Shown here in pieces: positions 54,001 through 64,000 of a stretch of DNA of 64,000 nt. The stretch is from positions 17,608,001 to 17,672,000 of the forward strand of contig OZ365112.1 of NCBI GenBank assembly GCA_977030845.1, read 5' to 3'. Position 1 is the first letter of the stretch. Each line of letters begins with the position of its first letter. Source of the stretch: Fimbriosthenelais zetlandica (Eukaryota). A model generated the notes under the pieces. It worked only from the letters and a program-made list of their open reading frames with translations. It was not told where the DNA came from and made no database searches. Both the position numbers and the translations under genes were made by a program.

Positions 54001-57000
54001 AGGTCATACCTTTATGCTTGGGATAAAATCTCATAATCTAAATAGGAAGCCTGAACTATTCACTCTGCTGTTTCACTTGTTACATGTTTATGAACTCGCG
54101 ATTCTTTTGTCTTTTCCAAGAACCTTGTCGTTGAATTAACCCTGTCTTTTAGCCCATTTCCCCTTCCTATTTGGCTTTTAAAAATCATTTTGGTATAATA
54201 TGGTTGCCTGGATGTCTAAACGTCTACATGATGGGTTTCATGAACATTATATATATCGTCCTATTTATGTTTCAAAATTGGAACAATTTTTTCCACTATA
54301 GCACAACCCCAACTATCTTGCTCCCTCTCATTCTTCGCTATTCTATTATAATTCAATTAGATCCAAATTAAAGAAGTAACGCCTTCTTTCTTGCTTGAAA
54401 GTTTCTTGTACCAATTTCGGTTTCACTTTTTTACACTTAAGAATACTTTGGTAAAGGTTTTCTCCAAGAATTGGGGTTTCGGGTTTCCACTGCGACACTT
54501 TTTTGCCGATAACACATACTACCATGCTTAGACAATGGGATACGGTCAGCATGTGTTTTAGTATTATAACAACATGGTCCAACCTTTTTTCAACGACATG
54601 GGAAAACCTAATCTGATCTGTCCAATGCCCATTTGTCCGTTCTTCTTGACCTGTTAAAAAGGCCCTATTTAGCCTTGCCTGCTCTGCAGCTTCTCCCCCT
54701 CCCCCCCCCCCCCCGCCCTCGTCCCTTGCTCTTCCTCACCTCAGGTAACCTTCCCTTCTTCCCATTCTTGTCCCGCGGGTCTCTACCTTCTGTCCCTGTC
54801 TCTGTACTTACCCTTAATACTCGAGCTCTGCGGCCTACAGGATTAATGAGGTAATGTATGGAGGTAGGTTTACTTTCTTTACCACACTCAGCCACCACGC
54901 ACGCGATGGGGAACATCTTATCACCTCTTCCATTTCAACAGTTATGTGCCCTTCTGGTCATTCCCATTCTCCGATCAAGTGAATCTCGCCAGTATCTGTT
55001 GGAGATGGAAGGGGAAGATTGCATCCCTGGTTGGGAGCATCAGTTGTTGTGTCTGACAGTGTAGAAGTCATGTCAACGGTTGTACACTCAGTGTTGTGCT
55101 ATATGTATAAAGCTCTAGTCACTGGTGAGTGAGAGAAGACTCAAACTTAGTTCGATTCAAGAGAATCCCCAGAAATATAAGCAGTTTGTCCTTGGGGAAA
55201 ATTCCCCGTTTAGGTCTCGGCAACAATTCTGAAAATATATTGATGGAAAAAATGAATATTTTTTCTGATAGTCTCTCGATCTGCCGGTCGTTAGATTTCG
55301 TCATGTCATCCCCCATAGTTCCCTTGCCATGTGTCCGTCATGTGTGGTGTGCTAGTCGAGGGCCAGTAGTAGTAGTAGTAGATTAAGGCCCCCTCTTTGT
55401 TAAATCTTGCTGCTGGGGCGGGCGTCATGATGCGTGGTTAATTGGCTATTAATTAGGCCGACCATCATCACCAGGCTATGACTGACCCCTCCATGGCAGA
55501 CGAAACGGTGGGCATGCTAGGCGAGGAAGGACTGCGCGCTGGAGGACAGGCTCTCCGCCTTGGGTAAGTTACATTTTGTCCCCCTCCATTACCCCTAATG
55601 GATCGAGGGTCCAATCTGTGATGAGACTACAACATTGTGAGCCACTCTTCTGAGGTGCTCAGAGGAGAGCATTACCTGCTCAGCTAATACACATGTATTG
55701 CTCATGGTATATCCAGTATTCCCTTCCATGTACCTTTATTCAACACATCGATGTATAAATGTGTACATGTACATTATCATGTATATTGAAAGACTTGGTA
55801 AGACATTGTTCCTCAAGTTGCGGGAGGTAAGTCCAAATTTCCCTGTCAGGTTTAAAAATAAAATATTTCCCATGCTTCTTGAGATAAGGTAAGATGAAAA
55901 GGCCTGGAGTATGAAAAAATCTGAAAAGATTTAGAATTCCTCACTTAAGTTTTCCAAAGTTGTAAAATAAAACTAAAATTTATAAAGTACAATAATATAA
56001 ATTCCTTATATTTTTGTGAAATTCATATAATAGTCAATTCCTTGGATTGAAACATGACAGTCAAATTATTGAATGAGGTGCTAATAGATGTGATGGAATA
56101 ACGTACATGTATATGTTTTATGTTCAGGTTTGTAGCAGGCGTCATCCTCCGGGAGCGTATTCCTGCCTTTGAGCGAATGTTATGGCGTGCGTGTCGTGGT
56201 AACGTTTTCCTAAAACAAGCTGAAATAGAATCACCACTCGAGGACCCCGTCACGGTAAGTGCTACCAACATATCATATTGTAAACAGATTGTACCTTACT
56301 TACATGTAGTTGACTATATCTGAAGTCTTCTTTTTCTTTCCAGGGGGACCAGGTGAATAAATCAGTGTTCATCATCTTTTTCCAAGGTGACCAACTGAAA
56401 GGGCGTGTTAAGAAAATATGTGAAGGGTAAGCCTGATTATGTTAATATTTGGTGTACAAGTAGGGGTAGTTTGACCAAAAGTTGTCTCCAAAACACCATA
56501 CATTATATATTAGATATCTTCTGTTCATTGTTCGCTGAGATTAAGTATGCACTGTATTTCATGTAAAATTTCAATTAATTCTTGTTGATGTGTGATATAC
56601 TTTCCTCTGTTCATCTTCAGGTTCCGAGCAACTCTCTACCCATGTCCTGAGACGCCCGCTGAGCGTCGTGAGATGGCTATTGGTGTTATGACGCGTATAG
56701 AGGACCTCAACACGGTCAGTAATATGCTCATCACTTGATGCGCCATATCTTGAAGTATTTTTAAATTAAAATTCTCCAACACTGCTATTCATTCTTGTTT
56801 TGGATATTCAGGTGTTGGGTCAGACGCAGGACCATCGTCACCGGGTGCTGGTGGCAGCAGCGAAGAACATCAAAGTCTGGTTTATTAAGGTCCGCAAAAT
56901 TAAAGCCATCTACCACACTCTTAACATGTTCAACCTGGATGTAACACAGAAATGTCTCATTGCTGAATGCTGGTGCCCAGTCGCTGATCTTGATAAGATT

Positions 57001-60000
57001 CAGCTGGCTCTCCGTCGAGGAACGGTAAGCTTCTATTGTTCGAATATTATCCATCTCCTTGTTCTGCCATTATTAGGTACATAATATTTTAATATGCTTA
57101 CGATAGACTATCAATTAATTATTTTCACAGTTATTTCTCCCTGTAACAATTGTAGAAAGTTATGTTTGCTTCTACCATAGGAGCGAAGTGGAAGCAGCGT
57201 TCCTTCTATCCTGAACAGGATGCAGACCAAGCAGGCGCCACCCACCTACAACCGGACAAACAAGTTCACCTTTGTTTTCCAGGCTATCATCGATGCCTTT
57301 GGTGTGGCTACATACCGGGAAGTTAACCCTGGTGAGAAGCAAAAAAAAGATTTTAAAATACTTGATTATAATGAATTCTTGGACACATTGAACTGTCAAT
57401 TCATGGTACCACTATATATCTCAGAATCCCTTGTAGGTACCAATGACTATTTTTCCTATCATTTTCGCTCAGATCTGGTCTTACACACATATTTCCTCTT
57501 GGTTTTCAGCTCCTTTTGCCATCATAACCTTCCCATTCCTGTTCTCCATTATGTTTGGTGATCTGGGCCATGGACTCATCATGTTCCTGTTTGGATTGTG
57601 GATGGTGGTCCGGGAGAAGAGTTTGTCTAAGAAATCCGATGACGAGGTTTGTATAAGCCCTATCTTTGTGAAGCTGAACAATGGATTTCATCAATGTGAT
57701 ACATTATCAAGGTGTTTTTTAATCTGTTTTTGTAGATATGGAATATGTGTTTTGGAGGTCGTTACATCATCCTCCTAATGGGCGCTTTCTCCATGTACTC
57801 GGGATTACTCTACAATGACATCTTTTCTAAATCGCTCAACATCTTTGGCTCAGGCTGGTCTGCGAAAGGCGTCTTCAATGAGTGAGTACATCAGACCTTT
57901 TCTATATACTGTAATTAGAAGAAAGAATATTCCTTGAGAGCACTGATCACTATATATTTGTAATCTCTCTTACAGGACCATAAAGCTTGCAGAAGGCTCG
58001 AAAATCATCCTGGACGCCAACAACTCGCTTGATAATCTTGGGTCCCCTTATCCAATGGGCCTAGATCCAGTAAGTCGTAAAATTCTGACAATATTAAATT
58101 TCGATTACTGAATTACAAACAGCTATTCATGTAAAGAAATTGTCAATAGAACCTTTCTTTAAAGAAAATGAGCGAAGGTAATGTTCACTTGGTCATTTTA
58201 ATTTCATCCGAGATTTTTATTTGTGATATCAGGTGTGGCAGTTCTCAGCAAATAAGATCACTTTCCTCAACTCCTTCAAAATGAAACTGTCAGTCGTCCT
58301 CGGTGTATCACACATGATCTTTGGCGTTTTGCTCAGCCTTTCCAACCACAGGTATAGTAGCCTTATCATCCCCAATGGAACCAATATACCATCAAATATG
58401 TTCCAGGAATATGTGAGTTTGTTCCGTTTGTGAGTTTGTTTAAAGTTGTAATGGCTTTCCTGCAGGTATTTCCGGAGGCCACTGAACATCATCTGTCAGT
58501 TCATCCCTGAAATCCTGTTCATGGTGTGTATCTTTGGATACCTATGTATCCTGGTATTCGCCAAGTGGCTGGCTTATGACGCCAGCATCGCTCACGACGC
58601 GCCCAGTCTACTCATCGGCTTCATCAACATGTTCTTGATGTCTTACCCAGATGAACCACCCAGTGCACGAACTTGGTACTCAGGCCAGGTAAGATCCATC
58701 CCCCATATGGCGTCTTTCCATGTTCATGTTTCTTCTTTGTTGATCTATGGTCAGTTGTTAATATGTGCTTTTTATAACTATATGTATGCATGCGTTTCAT
58801 TTGCAGAAAGGTTTCCAGATTGTATTGATCCTGATTGCATTGGTATGCGTGCCATGGATGCTACTTCTTAAACCGATACTACTGCGCCAACAGCAGCTTG
58901 GCAAACTCAAGGTAAACTCTTACCCTAAATTTATCGTGAAAACATTAAAAAGAAAACGTAGAGTGTAGGAATATGTTGTCCAAATATTACAACATCCCGA
59001 GGGGTAGGGTAATTTACGTCTGAACTATTTTTTTTTCTAATTTTGCTTTGATTGTTTCTTTGTTTGTATTACTTCATTTAGTCATAGGTTATATCATTTC
59101 CCCCTCCTTTCCTAGATTAGGAGCATCAGTGTTCTTATACTGCTCTAATATTTTGATAATTTATAGAACTGACATACACCATCTGACTAATAATTCTTCG
59201 CTTGATTTAATTAATATCTCCTAATTTATGGAAAATGAAATTACAGTCGCGTCGAGGCAACTATAGTTTGGTGAGATATCTTGGAAAACGCATTGGAATT
59301 ACTTTAACTTACAGAATAATATGAGAGAAAGACCACAGGGATCTAGGAGACAGCAAATGCGCCATTACACTATCCATAATTATGAGAAATGTCCTTAAAT
59401 ATTTTGGCCCGATATATTTTATTTGTATTCACTTGCATTTAATTCATATTTAGTAAATGCCTCTTTGGTTTACGGTGTGCTGAGTATGCTTTTTTGTGTG
59501 GTATGCATAAAATGGCATATAGCGCCTTTGTTTTTTGATCCCTGGGTCAGTTTTTCTAGTCTATATTTGGACCGGGTTGCAATTATATATTGAAGAGTTA
59601 CACATAATTTTAATGCCACTGATATAATATTTAACTTTCTAAGACACTTCTCATCCTGGTTTGCTCTAGCGTTTAGTACTTTCCATAACTGACTGACAAC
59701 TTACCCCTTGTCTCTGATCAACCACGTTCTAACCACCAACTCTGCTTCTCACCCACCCCCACCTAAGTACTAAGCATGCTTCTTTTACTAAACATTTCTG
59801 CGGCTTTTCTTATATTAAAAACATCTCAAGTCTTAAAAAATATTCTATTGATGTTTCATTAGAACTTCGGTTCCTTTATGTAAAGAATTCTCGAATATTA
59901 CATGTAGCCATTTCATCTTAGTCTGATTAAGAAAAAGTGCACTCACTGGCCTCACTGAATCCAGAATTATATCTGAACATTTTTTGACCCAGCGGGGGAC

Positions 60001-62438
60001 AACGGTTGCGGTGCCTCCTCCTCACCCTGTCCTTCCTTCTTCATTCGGTGCTGTAGTGCCATGAGCTGCACATCTAAAAGCTTGTAGCTAAATGCTCATA
60101 CCAGCTCACTACCAACTGATAGTGGAACACATGATCAATACAACCTCCCACCGCCTTGCCCTACCCTCAATCATTTCTGGTCCCTGGTGGTAGTATATAA
60201 GGTATAGTCAGGCTGGGCAAGCAGGAGTCTACAGCTTGGGGTCTCCAGTATGTTGTCAGTCAGTTTTAGTTAGATTGTTCAAAGGGTGTAACTGTAAGTC
60301 TCAGCTTCGTTGAAAAATTGACATCTCAGCGCTATTTTCTCCGAATTCTTACTGAGACTTGGCCATCAATTTTCAAATATCGATGATATTTGGAATTAAA
60401 GTATTTTCTGTAGAAGTGTACACCATGCATGTGAAGTAGTTGTTTAAACTCATGGTTTGGTGCCATGTGTTCTGGATTCGGCTGATAAGTCATTTCTAAG
60501 GAAGACGAATAAGTTAGTTAACATTGATTTATTCATGCATGACAATGCTTTCTGTGATAAAATAATATGATTAATTTTATAGTGCTTTTAATGCAGCTTG
60601 CAATAATTTCTTTTTGTATAACTTGATTACTTATAACTAAAGATTTTTTGTCGGAATGTTTAAATATGGACTGATATGTAAGCTCATCTTATATATACTC
60701 TAGACACCTGGAAGCTGTAACTTAAATATTAGCAAATTAATACTGGATCTATCTATAGCCAGAAACACTTTTCTCCGGTCCCTAATTTATTTGTTCCGTG
60801 GGTGGTGTCATTTCAGATCGGGGCCCCCCCTCCTATCCCCCCAACCCCACAGGATGCTGAGGACCCCAGCGAAGTGGTCCACCATGATGTAAATGCCACC
60901 CAATCCAAGCCGGAGGAGAGCGAGGAGGAGGTAACGGCAATCTTATAGCTCACAATCCTGTTAATCACCCTAATACCATCAGACAGTCGCACCCCGCCAG
61001 GTAGCAGAGTTGAACCAGGATTATCATCCATTAGAATCCAAAGCCTAATCTCTTCTTTCTTTCTTTTTTTTGTCAGCCTCGAGTTTCCATACTTGTCTTT
61101 GACCTTTTGGCTTATATAATATTTCGGCCGATTTTATTATTCTATCTAAAGCACAGTTTATTTGTTGGATAATTTACTCATTTATTTGATGCTCTCTGCT
61201 TGATCTGGCTGGTCGTTCTGCTTGGTGTCAAGTGGTGATTGACAATTCAGACTGGGTCTAGTGAAGGCAGGAATCAGACTAAGGTTTGGCTACATGTCAG
61301 TTATCCGAACATAGAAAACCACAGCCGATGTGTGTTACATCGGCTCTGGTCGTTTGGAACCCTGCTGTTGGTACAGTCTGTTTCACACAAAACTGTACCT
61401 CCATGTTCCAAGTTAGCTTGGGTCATTGGGAACAGGGGTCATGAGGTGGAACTGACTGTACTAACCTATGTGAAGCCGAACCTGTAGATTATATAAATTA
61501 ACCAGCCATGTTATGATGTATGGTGATGCAGCTTGGACCCCGGCCACCGCTCTCTGTCCAGAGTGGAGATATCAGGACAGGAGAAGAACAGGAGGTCGTC
61601 CATCATGATGAAGAGCAAGCCATGGAACCTGAGCCGCCGGTGGAAGAGGTGGTACAAAAAAGATATGAGTCCAAATGTTATATGCAAATCTAATATACAT
61701 AATGCAGCATTCAAGAACTAGACATGTTCTTTGTCTTACTTTGTTGAATATTCCCAGATATTGAGGTTACCTGATATCGTCATTGTCTATAATTTTGATC
61801 GTTTGACTACTGAATACTTTATTCTGACGATTGGTTTACCTGCAGTTCGACTTTGCTGAAGCGTTGATCTACCAGTGCATCCATACTATTGAGTATTGTC
61901 TCGGCTGTATCTCCCACACTGCCTCCTACCTCCGACTATGGGCCCTCAGTCTCGCTCATGCAGGTAGGTCCTAACTTTGTACTATAAGGGTCGTAGTTTC
62001 ATTGTTTAATGTATATCTGAATTAAATGAATGTTAATTTTATTCTGTTTTTTTTTCTATAGAGCTGTCTGAGGTACTGTGGAGCATGTTATTCCGTATCG
62101 GTCTCAGTATGAAGGGTTATGCGGGCGTGGCTGGTACCTTCGTCATGTTCACCCCCTGGGCTGTGCTCACTGTTGGGGTACTTCTGGTCATGGAGGGCCT
62201 CTCTGCCTTCCTCCACACGCTCCGTCTCCACTGGTCAGTATTCAAATCTCGAATAAACTAACTTCATTGATAGTAACTGTAAATGGGAACATGTAGATAC
62301 ATTTGAATGTTTCTTTTCCTAACCCAGTATTAAATTATTTTTAGGGTCGAATTCATGTCCAAGTTCTACAAAGGCGAGGGCTACCTCTTCATGCCCTTCT
62401 CCTTCGAACAGATCGTTGACGTCAAGTCAGAAGATTAA
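51070..62438 (+). CDS. ATP6V0A1: V-type proton ATPase 116-kDa subunit a (ATP6V0A1/Vha100-like), multi-exon with alternative exons
   Basis: [89 protein letters not shown] (essential Arg), [28 protein letters not shown], stop at 62436-62438. The paralog assignment to a1 is by resemblance only. Confidence 0.93.
53664..53767 (+). CDS. V-ATPase a alternative exon A (104 nt)
   Basis: gacccag|...|gtcagt; [35 protein letters not shown]; phase 0 to phase 2. Confidence 0.85.
55457..55563 (+). CDS. V-ATPase a alternative exon B (107 nt), paralog of exon A
   Basis: aattag|...|gtaagt; [36 protein letters not shown]; phase 0 to phase 2. Confidence 0.85.
59247..59270 (+). CDS. V-ATPase a 24-nt microexon (SRRGNYSL)
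   Basis: ttacag|TCGCGTCGAGGCAACTATAGTTTG|gtgaga; phase 0-0, open frame, CTAAT branch-like site upstream. Confidence 0.6.
60817..60930 (+). CDS. V-ATPase a alternative exon C (114 nt)
   Basis: tttcag|...|gtaacg; [38 protein letters not shown]. Confidence 0.8.
61532..61648 (+). CDS. V-ATPase a alternative exon D (117 nt), paralog of exon C
   Basis: gatgcag|...|gtggta; [39 protein letters not shown]. The acceptor is weak. Confidence 0.7.
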
Positions 62439-64000
62439 GGCAAAGATAACGGACTATTGAAGAGGCTCTAAATGAGCTTATGATAAGTTTAGGATCAGCT
62501 AGCGAGTAGTTCACCAGTTTCAATGTACCATGTAAATGATCGACATCATTCCGTTAACCTAACCAATGATTATAATTCTGGCTAAATTATTATATTACAA
62601 TTAATAGATAATCTTCTGTTTTATCATTTTCTGCTCCTGGCTGGATAGAAAGGTCTAGTTTAAATTTGAGTATGATTGTAGTAACCTAAACAGAACTTCT
62701 ATGAGGTATTGTATTGTTTTTGCATGAAATACCCTATTTATTGCAGTTACTCTAACATTTAATATATTAAAGGGCAGATAATGAGAACAATTTGGTGGGG
62801 TTGTAATATAAGGAATATCTTCGATAAGGAAGTCAATAAGTCGTAGAGATAATACATATTCTGACTGAACGCTGTGTTAAAGAAACTGGAAGAATTTAAC
62901 TGACCGATTTCCATATTGAAATATTCTGAAAAATGTTGTAAGTAGGCTACATTATTGTATAACATCCCTCACTCATTGTGAGACTTTTATGTACCGGTAT
63001 GTGAATGAACCGTAGCTACCTGTCGTATTATATGTAATGTAGTTAATCTGTTGGTCCACAAAGAAGTTTTGCACAAGCCATGAAAAATTAGATAATGTAA
63101 CTTAGTTCTAAACACGAAACAAAAAATCTAATATGCAATAGGCCTATCTATTTACGATCTGGTGATTTGTCCTAGTATTAATGTCAGAAATGTCATCATA
63201 TGAGAATAGACTAGAATGTGGCTATAACTACACTACACCTTTTTGATTTACTTGGTACCGGTACATAGTACATAGAGTTGTACACGTACACCTCTGTGGC
63301 TTGGTATAACCTCAAGCCTTGGGAAAGGTTATTAGAAGGAAACTTATCTTGAGAAATGGGGCGTTGAAAGGAGATGACGTCGAATATTTCTTTTCCCATG
63401 CAATTTATTGCTCAGGGCTGTGGAATTAAGGCATATATGTATTGGTGGAAAACGGAGATCTACATTGAGCATTCCAAATGTGGAATCCAATTTGCTTTAG
63501 TTAAAATGGATTTCTATAATAAGTTATGTGGTGGTTATTAGCCCCTACCGGTATCACATTTTGGGTTTTTTCATTTAAACTCCGAATTTGGTGCCTTTTG
63601 GTTCCATCCAAATTAGTAATTTTAAAGATGTCTCGTGATAGGCCTACTGTGTTACACATTAAATTTATAATTAAAATTAATTAAATCTCCAATAATTTTC
63701 ATATGAGAAATTATGGACATTTAATGCAAATTGTTTTAACGTTTTCTTAAAACCTCATTTGTTAGAGAGAAAACGGAAAACTTTGTTTACTCTCGACCGG
63801 AAACAATAATTATGGCAATGATGATAATGGCTAGTTACCGTAGCGCTTATTAAGAAAATTTCCCCAAATTTCATACGTGCATCCGGCACCGATTTAAAAG
63901 TGTTAATTTCTTGTACATTCAAGCCCTAAGTTAATTTGTCTTTATAGCGAGTTGGTTTTATGGACTGTGATTTTGCAGAATTATTGTGATGAAAGGAGGG

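Noticed and set aside
59313-59400. Possible extra V-ATPase exon [14 protein letters not shown]...
   Set aside because: Runs into a stop with no convincing donor and no similarity to the family.

Overview
Intron-rich eukaryotic (animal, probably marine invertebrate) genomic DNA with mostly short (~90-200 nt) GT-AG introns; no prokaryotic operons or CRISPR. Genes in order: 3' end of an unidentified gene (+), intronless GLUT8/Tret1-type sugar transporter (+), classical calpain (-) carrying a U12-type intron and a PIF/Harbinger-type MITE, intronless ankyrin-SOCS-box ORF (+), small PRR15/PRR15L-like ORF (-) followed upstream by ~10 kb of non-coding DNA, tRNA-Cys(GCA) (-), a methylthioribose-kinase-fold kinase (+), a divergent Gs-class G-alpha (+), a tandemly duplicated ~250-300 bp GC-rich element with a telomere-template-like motif, ENGase (+), TGDS (-) and a V-ATPase a subunit (+). 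The most notable items are the V-ATPase a gene, which appears to carry two duplicated exon pairs, a 24-nt microexon and a possible stop-containing exon; the 38.4-39.0 kb duplicated candidate structured ncRNA; and an MtnK-fold kinase lacking the MTR-binding twin-Arg motif. All exon models were derived by eye and no database searches were run.
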